Notes: generated from the sequence alone by a model not told the origin. A stretch of 64,000 nucleotides of DNA from an uncultured Candidatus Saccharibacteria bacterium (GCA_964648765.1 CAZYLF010000001.1:293797-357796), one strand, 5' to 3'; positions 10,135 to 20,313 are shown, numbered from the stretch's first letter. Translations and numbers: made by a program.

Positions 10135-10848
10135 TCAAGTTGGGTTGGTTCTAAATTTCGGGATATATCCCGTTGCGTTTTTCCACTTTACGCGTGCGTC
10201 TTCGAACCAGCATTTTTGACAGCTGACTGGTCCAAAGCCAATGCACTCAACATTTGATTTGCCAGCAGACTCAGGCTTTGTTTGGGAGTAACGTTCAAAA
10301 TGTGTCAGTCCTAAACAAGCAGTGAAGAATGACCCAAGAGGAAATTTGTCATCCGACGCGAGATCTACTTCTACGTCGAACTTTACCGGAAGGACGATAA
10401 TTTCCCCTTTCTGATGAGTGCGTATAGCCTCAAGTGCCAGCCGAGTCTTCTCGGGTAGGAAGAACTTTTCTGGTGTTGACTTACAATCCAGACCTTCGAA
10501 TTCCCACGATCTCTTGCTGATCTTGTCTAATGCGAGTTCGGTTGATCTACGGTATCTCTCGATCTGATCTTTGGAATCCGGGAAGAACCTTTGAGCGATC
10601 GCATCTATTGTTGGCAACGCGAACCAACCTTTCGCCTCGTCCGGCAAGATAGCATCGAGAAATGGTCCATCTAGGAACTGCAATGTCAGTTCCTCTGCCA
10701 GATCGAATTCTCTCGCTAGTCCTTTGACCTGCTCGTATATCGGTTGAGGCTGCCAATCTACATGGGGCGAGGTGGTGAACTCTTCGTTTGTCTTGCTAAT
10801 TGGGTATAACTGGAGCGAGTGATCTTTTGATAGTTTTGATAGGTCCAT
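10135..10848 (-). CDS. Hypothetical protein
   Basis: 237 aa ORF, AAAGGA SD, downstream hairpin plus T-run at 10093-10126. Confidence 0.7.
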   Translation of the reverse strand: MDLSKLSKDHSLQLYPISKTNEEFTTSPHVDWQPQPIYEQVKGLAREFDLAEELTLQFLDGPFLDAILPDEAKGWFALPTIDAIAQRFFPDSKDQIERYRRSTELALDKISKRSWEFEGLDCKSTPEKFFLPEKTRLALEAIRTHQKGEIIVLPVKFDVEVDLASDDKFPLGSFFTACLGLTHFERYSQTKPESAGKSNVECIGFGPVSCQKCWFEDARVKWKNATGYIPKFRTNPT

Positions 10849-11020
10849 AAAATTCCTTTCTTGTTAATGTCCTTTCTGGTCCAATTAAAACACCTCCTTA
10901 TCGTCTAGTCATCTCTTTTACGCATAATCTGCTAATTACCCTTATTTGAAGGGGTATATTTGATTAATAAAAAGTAGTCAAAAAAATTGACTGTTTTATA
11001 GATATCTATATAGTTGTTCT

Positions 11021-11797
11021 ATGAATAAATTACTTGAGACCCTAGTGGCATTTGGCCTGACTGAAAAGGAGGCTTCGATATACCTGGCTTTGTATAAGTT
11101 GGGTGACGCGACTGCCTATCAGATCGCCAAGGAATCAGGTATCAAACGTCCCACGGTCTACGTCCTCATGGATGAATTACGTAAGCGTGGTCTCGCGTTG
11201 GTCATCCCACACTACAAGAAGCGGTTGTTTGTTGCTAAGGATCCCTATGAGTTCATTCAGGAATTTCAGTCGAAAATGAGTGGCAATATGCGTAATCTTC
11301 TAACGCTCCTGCCGAAGCTATCTCATCCCGGTTCCCACACAGTTATCTTCAAGGGTGATGGTGCTCTTGTGCAAGGTCTCTCATATGGTCTGCATAGCGC
11401 TAAGGATAAAAATATAATCGCTTTTTATGCGGGAGTGCGGAAGGGTCTTAAGGTTGGTGGAGAATATAAAGATTATTTCCACGAACTCTACCGGCTTGGC
11501 TTTAAACTCAAATCAATCACACCCTCAAATTCTCATGACGAAGATTTCCGAGAGGGTGACAAGAAATATGGCTTTGAATCCAAAAAGATACCGAATGAAT
11601 TGTTTTCTCCGGGCGTATCGATTGAGGTGTGTGGCGATTTGACCAAGACCGTGGTTCATAAAAATGGGGAAGTGGTTGTTGTTCGTGACAAGAGCGTGGC
11701 GGAATTCTACCGTCAGATTTTCAACATCTTGTGGAGTTTAGACTTCGACCAGGTGAGAGGTCAAAGTGGCTTCCCCAAGAAATCAAAAAAGTGCTAG
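11021..11797 (+). CDS. TrmB-family transcriptional regulator
   Basis: GLTEKEASIYLAL...IAKESGIKRPTVY..L winged HTH. Confidence 0.85.
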   Translation: MNKLLETLVAFGLTEKEASIYLALYKLGDATAYQIAKESGIKRPTVYVLMDELRKRGLALVIPHYKKRLFVAKDPYEFIQEFQSKMSGNMRNLLTLLPKLSHPGSHTVIFKGDGALVQGLSYGLHSAKDKNIIAFYAGVRKGLKVGGEYKDYFHELYRLGFKLKSITPSNSHDEDFREGDKKYGFESKKIPNELFSPGVSIEVCGDLTKTVVHKNGEVVVVRDKSVAEFYRQIFNILWSLDFDQVRGQSGFPKKSKKC

Positions 11798-11950
11798 AGT
11801 ACTTCTACTCTAAGTATGGAAAGATAGGTGATCAGGACATGGCAAGGGGCCCCCTTGACATCAACCCTACCGAAAAAAATTTTGAAATTCGCACCCTGTC
11901 TCAAAATAAAAAAACCGAAAGTGTGTGACACTTTCGGTGTGGGTTTTGTC

Positions 11951-12346
11951 TTATGTTCCAGCTGTGACGTTCATTTTGTAAGTGCTTGCAACTTGGTGTT
12001 GCCTGAGATCTCCCAAAATTTGTTCAATCAACTTTTCGCTAAGGACTTTTGACTCATCAACTGTCTGGAGATCCGGATGAAAAGTTCTCACCAAAAAGCT
12101 TCCGCTATCCTCAAATTCACTAATAATTGCTTTGCGGGAGATTTTGAGAATATTTTCAACAATTTCAATTGCCTTCTCTGGAGTATCTGCAAACGGGGTT
12201 GAGCTGATCATGCGTTTGAAGTTGTGGCCAGGTCCGCGGGTAATAAGTAGTCCGTACTTTCCATCAGGTCCGAGGAAAATTGAGAATTCCAGATCATGGG
12301 GATTACTATAAATCTCGAGGGCGGTAATGAGCCTGAATGCTGCCAT
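11951..12346 (-). CDS. Hypothetical protein
   Basis: 131 aa ORF, AAAGGAG SD, terminator hairpin at ~11908-11939. Confidence 0.7.
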   Translation of the reverse strand: MAAFRLITALEIYSNPHDLEFSIFLGPDGKYGLLITRGPGHNFKRMISSTPFADTPEKAIEIVENILKISRKAIISEFEDSGSFLVRTFHPDLQTVDESKVLSEKLIEQILGDLRQHQVASTYKMNVTAGT

Positions 12347-12480
12347 GAAGTTCTCCTTTCATTTTCTTCTCCTTTGACAACTTGCTATCCGTTATGGATA
12401 CTAGCGAAATTTTTTATAATTGCAAGTGACTCTCTATGATACAAAGGCCAGCTAATCAATTTTCAGTTATAATGCTAGTT

Positions 12481-12891
12481 ATGTCTGAGCAATTTAATGA
12501 AAACAAACTAGAGACAATACCTAATTCAGTTTTAGATTTCTTGTCCCAAAAGCACCAGGAGTTGCTTGATGATTACAAAACTCCCGATGGTAAACATTCC
12601 AATAGTTGCTCCTTGATTGCAGGCGAAGTGGCTGAGCTTTTACTTAAAGATGGTAAACGGCCGTCAATCATGACGATAATTAAACGTAATGATGCTCTTG
12701 TCCCTGTTCAATATGGTGGACGGGTGAAGTGGGGTGGTCATACCGTTTGTGTGGCTGAGGGATTAGTTTTCGACCCTATGGTTGGGCGACCAGTTCCGCT
12801 AAGTGAGTATCCTATGGTGGCTTTTGGCACTGAGGTAGAAATGAATACGCACGTTAGTGAGGATAAGATTGAAGAATATTTGAGCAAATAA
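12481..12891 (+). CDS. Hypothetical protein with possible Cys-His-Asp (papain/transglutaminase-like) triad
   Basis: NSCSLIA...GGHTVCV...VFDP; TATAAT 7 nt before ATG 12481. Confidence 0.6.
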   Translation: MSEQFNENKLETIPNSVLDFLSQKHQELLDDYKTPDGKHSNSCSLIAGEVAELLLKDGKRPSIMTIIKRNDALVPVQYGGRVKWGGHTVCVAEGLVFDPMVGRPVPLSEYPMVAFGTEVEMNTHVSEDKIEEYLSK

Positions 12892-12894
12892 ATC

Positions 12895-13563
12895 ATGTCT
12901 TTCGAAAATCCGACATTTGAGGTCAAGATTGAAGTTGAGGTGGGTTATGATAACTTTGTGCCTGAGGAATTTAAGCAAGATCCGCTGGGTTACTTTGAAC
13001 GTGAGGGGAAGAATATTAAATTGGGAGAAGTTAAACGAGATGAAACTGGGCGGGTGAGGGAAGATCCAACGGCGGTGAAGGAGTTGCCCGTTTGGTCTGA
13101 TGCGACTGGTCAAGAATTAGCGACGGTAGGTAAAAGAGTGAATGTGGAGAAGGGGAAGGTGGGGGAATCGGGTGACCCATTTTATGAATATCAGATTATG
13201 ATGGCGGTGAGAGAGGCTGGCTTACCAGCGCCCCGGCCAATTGCCAAAGTGGAGCAAGTGGGCGCTCACTTAATAATCATGGAGAAAGTGCCCGGTATTG
13301 GCGCTCATAGTAGCGATGTGCAAAAACTAAAGGAGGCTGGGTACACTGATCAAGATCTCGAAATTTTGAAAGGGCAAGCCGAAGCGGAAATGGAGAAACT
13401 AAAAGCGCTGTTTGATGAAGCGGGCATTGAACGCCAGTGGAAGCTGAAAGATATGATTATCGATCTAGATATTGCACAAAAAAAGATTAATAAAATCACG
13501 CCGGTGGATTGGGAGAGGACCAAGATTAACCAGGAGAAATTAGAGGCTTCTAAAAATGGATAA
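12895..13563 (+). CDS. Protein-kinase-like fold protein (APH/RIO/Kdo-like, degenerate)
   Basis: VGKR, EYQIM, GLPAPRP, IIMEKVPG, KLKDMII and VDWE motifs. Confidence 0.55.
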   Translation: MSFENPTFEVKIEVEVGYDNFVPEEFKQDPLGYFEREGKNIKLGEVKRDETGRVREDPTAVKELPVWSDATGQELATVGKRVNVEKGKVGESGDPFYEYQIMMAVREAGLPAPRPIAKVEQVGAHLIIMEKVPGIGAHSSDVQKLKEAGYTDQDLEILKGQAEAEMEKLKALFDEAGIERQWKLKDMIIDLDIAQKKINKITPVDWERTKINQEKLEASKNG

Positions 13564-14029
13564 ACCTCTCACGGTCGGCAAAGATGGTAAATGGAACACC
13601 GAGCCGCCGGTGGCTGATGATAAGTTGGGGAATATTAACTGTCACAAATTTACACTTTACGTGATAGGTAAAATTAGTTGGGAGGAAATGGTGGCTGACA
13701 ACGACAAAATTTATGGTGCTGAAGCTAGGGCAATATCAGATATTCAATTTATCCAGATCAATAGCCTGGCATCACTACTTAAATTTGCCAGTGAGTGCTG
13801 TAAGATTGGTGAATTTTATGTGGCACAAATACTTGATGCCAATACCGATGAAATGGCCCATTCATTTATTTTAAAACAGGAATCCCTAAATAATTTTATT
13901 TGTTATGAAAAGCAAGGTTTTAAATATCCGTTTACTGTCCAGGGCTTAGAAACGATACTTGATTTTGTAAATAAGGATGGCGTGAGATCAAATGAAAATC
14001 AAAAATGGCGATTTGTGCCTCAAGTTTGA
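13556..14029 (+). CDS. Hypothetical protein with possible Cys-His peptidase-like motifs
   Basis: NINCHKF...AHSFIL...YEKQG; overlaps the previous stop. Confidence 0.55.
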   Translation: MDKPLTVGKDGKWNTEPPVADDKLGNINCHKFTLYVIGKISWEEMVADNDKIYGAEARAISDIQFIQINSLASLLKFASECCKIGEFYVAQILDANTDEMAHSFILKQESLNNFICYEKQGFKYPFTVQGLETILDFVNKDGVRSNENQKWRFVPQV

Positions 14030-14080
14030 TTCCACCTTCTCTATCTGCTACGATGTTGACCGCTTAGGAGAGAAAATTTT

Positions 14081-14662
14081 ATGACTAAAAAACCACGTTA
14101 TCGCAGTGTTGATGAAATGCTCGCTCTAATTAGCGAACCTAATCGTTCGGCTTGCCGGAAGTTGCTAGATGAAAATCGCGAGCGTTTCCAATCTACTCCA
14201 GGATCATCTCATAACCATCAGGCTTGGCCTGGTGGTTATTTTGATCACATCCAAGAAGCGATGAATATTGGTGTGGTGGTGTATAAAGGTTTGAGTGCTC
14301 TCCGGCCACTCCAATTTTCACTATCTGATTTATTACTCGTGGTGTTTTTACACGATCTAGAGAAGCCCTGGAAGTATGGTAAAGGCAAAAAAGGTGTGCC
14401 AATTATGAAAACAAAAAAAGATCGGCACGACTTCCGTTTAAAGAAGATTAATGAATACAATATTGTGCTAACTCCAGAGCAAGAAAATGGTATCCGCTAT
14501 GCTGAAGGGGAGCATGATGACTACTCAAGTAAATATCGCGTGATGAATCCTTTGGCTTCACTCGCTCATGCTTGTGATGTGTTTAGTGCTCGCTTGTGGC
14601 CCGAGCATCCACTAGCTAAGGGCGAGTACCCTTGGCTTGAAGCCGGCCGGATTAGAGATTAG
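14081..14662 (+). CDS. HD-domain hydrolase (YhaM-like HD region)
   Basis: PGSSHNHQAWPGGYFDH, FLHDLEK and AHACD motifs. Confidence 0.85.
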   Translation: MTKKPRYRSVDEMLALISEPNRSACRKLLDENRERFQSTPGSSHNHQAWPGGYFDHIQEAMNIGVVVYKGLSALRPLQFSLSDLLLVVFLHDLEKPWKYGKGKKGVPIMKTKKDRHDFRLKKINEYNIVLTPEQENGIRYAEGEHDDYSSKYRVMNPLASLAHACDVFSARLWPEHPLAKGEYPWLEAGRIRD

Positions 14663-14739
14663 TTTTGCTCATTGCTTTCTCTCTAATTGTGCGTAATATC
14701 TGAGTTAGAACTTAGGCCTTTGTTATAAGGAGATTAAAT

Positions 14740-16008
14740 ATGAAGAAGAGGGTGTTGGTTGTGGGCGGTGGCGGGCGCGAACATGCTCTCGCCTGGAAGA
14801 TTAGTGAGTCACCAAACTTAGGTAAATTGTTTGTGGCGCCGGGCAATGCGGGCACGGCAAAAATTGCTGAAAACGTGCCGATTGAGTCAACGGATGTTGA
14901 GGGTCTGCTTAAGTTTGCAGGTAAGAAGAAAATTGACCAGACGATTGTGGGGCCAGATGATCCGCTTGCGCTTGGGATCGTGGATAGATTTAGATCAAGG
15001 GGTTTACGCATTTTTGGACCCACCAAAGCGGCAGCGCAAATTGAGTCATCCAAACTTTTTGCAAAAGAGTTGATGGGGCAGGCTGGTGTGCCCACGGTGA
15101 TGTCGAGTGTATTTACAAATCCCAGAGTGGCGCTGGTTGTGGCTGATCATCATTTCAGTAAAAATGCGGCCAAGCCCATTGTCCTTAAGGCCGATGGTTT
15201 AGCGCTCGGTAAGGGAGTCTACATTTGTAGAACTTTTACTGAAGCCGAGGTGGCGATAGATGAAATAATGGTGCGGCGCATTCACAGTGATGCTGGCAAA
15301 GTTATGATTGGTGAAGACTTTGTGGAAGGACCAGAAGTCTCGATCCATGCTTTTTGTGATGGCAAGTCTTTTGAACTTTTTCCCCCAGCTCAAGATCATA
15401 AAGCAATTTTTGATGGTGACCAAGGCCCAAACACTGGTGGTATGGGGACAATTGCGCCAGTGCCCGGATTTGGTCACCTCCAAGTTGTGAGCGATAAAGT
15501 GGTAAGACCGATTTTGGAAAAGTTGAAGTTTTCTGGCCTACTTTATCCAGGATTAAAAATCACAGACAACGGTCCTTTGGTGCTTGAGTACAATGCTCGC
15601 TTCGGTGATCCAGAAACGCAAGTGTACATGCGACTTCTCAAATCTGATCTTCTAGAGATCTTTGAGGCTTGTGTGGATGGCAATCTCGATAAAATTAAGA
15701 TCGAGTGGCATCCGAGTTTTGCTGTTTGTGTGGTGCTAGCTTCAGCTGGTTATCCTAGAGCGGATTACCAAAAGGGTTTGCCGATTACTGGCATTGAGAA
15801 GGCCAACAGGCTACCCGGGGTCACTATTTTCCAGGCGGGGACGAAAGTCCTTGATGGTCAATTAGTTACTTCAGGTGGGCGAGTGCTGGGCGTGACGGCT
15901 GTCGGCCCAACACTTGAAAAGGCCGTTGGTTCCGCCTACAGAGCAGTTGATCATATTCATTTTGAAGGGATGCAATATCGCAAAGATATCGGTGCGAAGT
16001 TTCTTTGA
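14740..16008 (+). CDS. purD: Phosphoribosylamine-glycine ligase
   Basis: GGGGREHALAWK, KADGLALGKGV, GPNTGGMG, EYNARFGDPETQ and TSGGRVL motifs. Confidence 0.97.
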   Translation: MKKRVLVVGGGGREHALAWKISESPNLGKLFVAPGNAGTAKIAENVPIESTDVEGLLKFAGKKKIDQTIVGPDDPLALGIVDRFRSRGLRIFGPTKAAAQIESSKLFAKELMGQAGVPTVMSSVFTNPRVALVVADHHFSKNAAKPIVLKADGLALGKGVYICRTFTEAEVAIDEIMVRRIHSDAGKVMIGEDFVEGPEVSIHAFCDGKSFELFPPAQDHKAIFDGDQGPNTGGMGTIAPVPGFGHLQVVSDKVVRPILEKLKFSGLLYPGLKITDNGPLVLEYNARFGDPETQVYMRLLKSDLLEIFEACVDGNLDKIKIEWHPSFAVCVVLASAGYPRADYQKGLPITGIEKANRLPGVTIFQAGTKVLDGQLVTSGGRVLGVTAVGPTLEKAVGSAYRAVDHIHFEGMQYRKDIGAKFL

Positions 16009-16019
16009 TAATTTTAACC

Positions 16020-16050
16020 CACTGCCTAGCATGTGCTAGGCAGTTTTTTT
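16020..16050 (+). terminator. Intrinsic terminator after purD
   Basis: ACTGCCTAGC-ATGT-GCTAGGCAGT followed by a T-run. Confidence 0.85.
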
Positions 16051-16068
16051 ATGCTTTAATTATACTTA

Positions 16069-17079
16069 ATGAATGAGCAGAAGTTGAAGAATCCGTTTTT
16101 GTTGGTTTTGTTGCTTGGGATTTTTGTGTTGTCGTTTTTTATTCTTCGGCCGTTTATTTTTCCTATCATTTTGGCTGGCGCTTTTTCGGTAGTCTTTGCG
16201 CCGGTTTACCGCTGGCTTGGTTTGCGTTTTAAATTTGGACCTAACCTTGTTTCAGCGCTTTGCACAGTGCTCGTTTTTATTGTTATTTTTACCCCACTCA
16301 TTTTCCTCGGCACACAGATCACGCAAGAGGCCACGGCGCTTTACTCCTCAATGGTTAGCGGGGGAGCCACGGGGCGACTTACAATTTTAATTAGCGAAAG
16401 AGTTGCACAATATTTACCAAACGCAAATTTAAATATTAGCCAATATGCTGAGTCTGGTTTGGGTTGGCTCTTACCACATTTAGGCTCGCTCTTTTCAAAC
16501 TCGGCCAGTTTGCTTTTGGCGGCATTTATCTTTTTCTTCTCACTCTTTTACTTTTTTAAAGATGGTCATCATCTCAAACAAATTGTGATAGCAATGAGCC
16601 CGCTCTCAGACGGCGATGATGAGATGCTCTTAGCTCGTTTGACTACTGCCATCAACGCGGTGGTGAGAGGTAATATTTTAATCGCGATTATCCAAAGCAT
16701 TATCGCCACTGTCGGCTTTGCGATTTTTGGTGTACCCAACCCAGCGCTGTGGGGCGCGGTGACGATGGTGGCGGCGCTTGTGCCCGGCATTGGCACAGCG
16801 CTAGTTTTAATCCCTGCAATTATTTATCTTTTTATTTTTTCAAGCTTGGCGATGGCGCTTGGGATGCTCGGTTGGGGCATGGCGGCGGTGGGGCTAGTGG
16901 ATAATATTTTAGGTCCACGTTTAATGGGGCGGGGCACGGGGCTCCACCCGTTACTTGTTTTTCTTTCCGTAATCGGTGGCATCGCCTTCTTTGGTCCGGT
17001 GGGCATTTTACTCGGCCCAATCGTTATCAGCCTCCTCGTGGCCCTCTTTGAACTCTACACTCTCCGTTTGAAAAATTAA
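16069..17079 (+). CDS. AI-2E family transporter
   Basis: Multi-TM; DNILGPRLMG...LHPLLVFLSVIGG...GP.G..LGP. Confidence 0.92.
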   Translation: MNEQKLKNPFLLVLLLGIFVLSFFILRPFIFPIILAGAFSVVFAPVYRWLGLRFKFGPNLVSALCTVLVFIVIFTPLIFLGTQITQEATALYSSMVSGGATGRLTILISERVAQYLPNANLNISQYAESGLGWLLPHLGSLFSNSASLLLAAFIFFFSLFYFFKDGHHLKQIVIAMSPLSDGDDEMLLARLTTAINAVVRGNILIAIIQSIIATVGFAIFGVPNPALWGAVTMVAALVPGIGTALVLIPAIIYLFIFSSLAMALGMLGWGMAAVGLVDNILGPRLMGRGTGLHPLLVFLSVIGGIAFFGPVGILLGPIVISLLVALFELYTLRLKN

Positions 17080-17124
17080 TCTTACTTTTGATATACTAAG
17101 TCATTACTATTTAATAAAAATATT

Positions 17125-17277
17125 ATGGAACAAACAATGATGGAGAAGTTGAAGGCAGATTGCTCTTGTGGCTCGGGTAAGATGTACGTTCAATGTTGTG
17201 GTAAAGCAGAGATGTGCCCATGCGGTTCTGGTAAAAAGGCAATTGATTGTTGTTTAGTAAGTCCTGAAACGCATTAG
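17125..17277 (+). CDS. Small protein with two SEC-C metal-binding motifs (50 aa; not in ORF track)
   Basis: MEQTMMEKLKADCSCGSGKMYVQCCGKAEMCPCGSGKKAIDCCLVSPETH. Confidence 0.8.
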   Translation: MEQTMMEKLKADCSCGSGKMYVQCCGKAEMCPCGSGKKAIDCCLVSPETH

Positions 17278-17373
17278 TAATAATCTAAAAATATTTAATT
17301 GTGGCAGGGCGTTGCCTTGGCATCGATTGAATTTTAAAAAAATCGAGTGTAAGCTGGGTTTATATAAACGCGG

Positions 17374-18018
17374 ATGATCACGGTATTCAAATATGATTTT
17401 GAGAAAGATGTAGACAACTTTATTCGTGGCACACGGGCGAAGAATAGTTCAAAGGTTACCAAGTTGCAGCAAGTGTATATTGATAAATACGGCACAAATT
17501 ACGATAGGTCCAAGGTCCAAGAATTTTTAAAAGACCAAATTAGAACTACAGTTTTTGACGCAGAAAAGGTTGCGATGGAAATTGAAGCCGATTGGAGAAA
17601 AATTGAGGGTGAGTTTATTACGAGAGTGGAAAAAATGTTTGGATTAAATTATCCTGCTCCTGAAATTACGGCTTACTTAACCACTAATCAACGTTGCACT
17701 TATAACATTGCTGAGAATTACTTTTTCGTTTATTTTGCTTCCAAATTTCCGAATCTCACGATCGCACATGAATTATTTCATTTTTATACTTGGCAGGCAT
17801 ATCGTGATGATTTAATTAAAGCTGGTCGAGATGAAAATCAGTATAACGACTTAAAAGAATCGCTGACGGAATTATTAAATGTGGAATTTTCAGATTTACT
17901 CGATGGCGCACACGATGACGGCTACCCGCAACATATAGAAATGAGAAATCAAATTAAAGAATTATGGCGCGAGACAGGGGATTTAAGAAAGGTGGTGTTT
18001 GGGGTTCAGCAATTATAA
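17374..18018 (+). CDS. Putative zinc metallopeptidase-like protein
   Basis: AHELFH (HExxH) with a downstream E (KESLTE). Confidence 0.6.
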   Translation: MITVFKYDFEKDVDNFIRGTRAKNSSKVTKLQQVYIDKYGTNYDRSKVQEFLKDQIRTTVFDAEKVAMEIEADWRKIEGEFITRVEKMFGLNYPAPEITAYLTTNQRCTYNIAENYFFVYFASKFPNLTIAHELFHFYTWQAYRDDLIKAGRDENQYNDLKESLTELLNVEFSDLLDGAHDDGYPQHIEMRNQIKELWRETGDLRKVVFGVQQL

Positions 18019-18408
18019 ATGGACAAAAATAAATTATCGCTAAGACTAAAAAAAGTCCACGGGCATTTGCCGACGTCGGAGTTTGAGTTGGTAGACGGAG
18101 ATCAGGTGATCGGACTTATTCAAATTAGACACAAGCCTTCTCATGGTAAGGACGTGCCGGCACATTTGGCCAATCACATTTATTATGAAATTGGAGAAGA
18201 GCACCAAGGAAAAGGTTATGGTAAATTGATCCTCAAGCTTGGCTTGGAGGAAGCTAAAAAAATTGGTTTAACTGAAGTTTTTGTGACTTGTTTAGAGTCT
18301 AATGTTGTTTCAAAAAAAATTATTGAAGCAAACGGCGGAATTTTGATTGATGAAGATATTATACCAACCGAAGGACAAAAAATGCTTAAGTATAAAGTCA
18401 GTTTTTAA
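18019..18408 (+). CDS. GNAT family acetyltransferase
   Basis: HQGKGYGK acetyl-CoA motif; N..SKKIIEANGG. Confidence 0.9.
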   Translation: MDKNKLSLRLKKVHGHLPTSEFELVDGDQVIGLIQIRHKPSHGKDVPAHLANHIYYEIGEEHQGKGYGKLILKLGLEEAKKIGLTEVFVTCLESNVVSKKIIEANGGILIDEDIIPTEGQKMLKYKVSF

Positions 18409-18466
18409 GGCACAAAAAAGAGAGCTGGTTAGGCTCTCTCGGATTTCTTTTACAACCGCTTTGGTT

Positions 18467-19741
18467 TTACATATTCGTTCCCTCAAAAATGAGAACTTTG
18501 GCATTCTCTCGAGAAAAATCCTGAAGCCGTTCGAGGTAGTCTTTAAAGTCTACTTCCGCGAACGCTTTGGTGACATCCTCATCGTTAGTAAAGATCCGAT
18601 CAGCCCCAAGACTTATCCGTTCAAGCATGTAATCGGTCAGTTTTCCTGGGTCAACAGTTCTCATTGCATTACTGCCGACAATCTGGTCTGTTACGAACTG
18701 ATACCAGTCAGACGAAAAGGTTTGTTTGTCTAACAGGGCATCAAAGATTCCTTCTACTACCGCTTCAATATTACCCTGGCTCGCTGTCTCGGCCTGGATA
18801 GAAAATAAACCACTGTCGATGCCGGCACTTACCGCACTAGCTGAAGCGCCGTACACTAGCTGGCGTTCTTCTCTTAGGATGCGCATCAGAGGTGAACTCA
18901 AACCCCCATTTCCCAAACTTGATTCAATTCTACCCATGACCAACTCCTTTTTAATCCGGCTTTTTTCATCCACGGAAGCTGTTGGCCAAACAACCAAAAC
19001 AGCAGAGGCGGGGAAAGGAGCTTGTGTTATTTCAGTTTCTAGACTCCACGGCGCTATCTGACCATAACTCGCGGGATATTGTCTTGGAGATAGTTTATTG
19101 TCTGGAAGTCGTTCAAGTTTTTTGCTTGCGGCTACAATATCAACTTTTTTAATATCGCCAGCGATAACCAGAACGGCCCTGCTACGATCGTACATTTTCT
19201 GATGTGCAAGTCTGAGATTTTCTGGAGTAACAGCGTGCAAACTCTCTTTCGTGCCAAGAGTGGGTTTAAACCACGGATGGTCGCTTTTCAAAAGCTTTGA
19301 TAGTTCGTTACGCTTCCATTGTGTGTATTGGGAGTTCGACACTGAGATCTCACTCTCGATCACTTGGCGTTCTTCACGAACACTTTGTTCTGAAAGTAAT
19401 GGTTCTGAGACTAGGCTCACGAGAACATCGAGAGCTTCAAGCCAGAGGTTTGAGGGCACTCTGGCGTAATAGCAGGTTTGTGTTTTGCCCGTACAAGCGC
19501 CAATTCTACCAGCAAATCGCTGAAATGGTTCGCATATATCGACTCTGCCTTTGGGGTAACGAGATGTGCCTTTAAATGGCACATGTTCAAGCCAGTGCAT
19601 TATCCCTTCGCCACCAGCCTCTTGATCGTCCATACTGCCGGAAAAAATTGCCAATTCAATACTGACAAACTTTACCCCGGGTACTTTCTCGTAAAAAATC
19701 CTTACCCCGTTTGGAGCTTTAACCAACTGAAATCCTGGCAT
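18467..19741 (-). CDS. M16 (pitrilysin/insulinase) family peptidase
   Basis: HWLEH..FKGT inverted zinc motif; LREERQLVY. Confidence 0.9.
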   Translation of the reverse strand: MPGFQLVKAPNGVRIFYEKVPGVKFVSIELAIFSGSMDDQEAGGEGIMHWLEHVPFKGTSRYPKGRVDICEPFQRFAGRIGACTGKTQTCYYARVPSNLWLEALDVLVSLVSEPLLSEQSVREERQVIESEISVSNSQYTQWKRNELSKLLKSDHPWFKPTLGTKESLHAVTPENLRLAHQKMYDRSRAVLVIAGDIKKVDIVAASKKLERLPDNKLSPRQYPASYGQIAPWSLETEITQAPFPASAVLVVWPTASVDEKSRIKKELVMGRIESSLGNGGLSSPLMRILREERQLVYGASASAVSAGIDSGLFSIQAETASQGNIEAVVEGIFDALLDKQTFSSDWYQFVTDQIVGSNAMRTVDPGKLTDYMLERISLGADRIFTNDEDVTKAFAEVDFKDYLERLQDFSRENAKVLIFEGTNM

Positions 19742-19860
19742 TTTCTACCTTTCAATGAACAAGTTAATTTATTAAGGACACTCCTTAATTCCGTTAGTTA
19801 AACTAACCGATAAAATGTGTTCTGTCAATATAACCTTTAAGTTAGCCAAATTTTAGCCTA

Positions 19861-19889
19861 TTGACTTTTGGAGTGAATTAGTATAGGAT
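19861..19889 (+). promoter_or_regulatory. sigma70-type promoter of the RRM gene
   Basis: TTGACT-N17-TAGGAT. Confidence 0.55.
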
Positions 19890-19978
19890 AGTAGGGTAAG
19901 AATTTCTCGAGGTAGGAGTATATCTTTGAGCCAAGAGAAGGTCGCCTTACAATTTTATTGAAAATTTAAGTCAACTAC

Positions 19979-20263
19979 ATGGCTAAAAAGTTATACGTTG
20001 GTGGTTTGTCTTACGGAACTTCCGAAGACACACTTCGTGAGTCTTTTGCCCAAGCTGGTAGCGTTGAGTCTGCATCGGTCATTATGGACCGTGCAACTGG
20101 ACGTTCCAAAGGCTTTGGATTCGTGGAGATGGCTTCTGACGCCGATGCCGAGAACGCAATCAATATGTGGAACGGTAAAGAGTTAGAAGGCCGCCGATTG
20201 ACGGTGAATGAGGCTCGTCCTATGACGGAGCGTCCTCCTCGTCGCGACAGTTTCCGCAGTTAA
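19979..20263 (+). CDS. RRM (RNP-1) RNA-binding protein
   Basis: KLYVGGL (RNP2) and SKGFGFVEM (RNP1). Confidence 0.95.
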   Translation: MAKKLYVGGLSYGTSEDTLRESFAQAGSVESASVIMDRATGRSKGFGFVEMASDADAENAINMWNGKELEGRRLTVNEARPMTERPPRRDSFRS

Positions 20264-20286
20264 TTATAATTGCAGAACACAAAATT

Positions 20287-20313
20287 AAGGGATCCCAGTT
20301 GGGATCCCTTTTG
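20287..20313. terminator. Terminator hairpin between convergent genes
   Basis: AAGGGATCCCA-GT-TGGGATCCCTTTT. Confidence 0.75.

Noticed and set aside
11731-12052. Short plus-strand ORFs after the TrmB-like gene
   Set aside because: No motif; they overlap neighbours and a terminator. At most a gene remnant.
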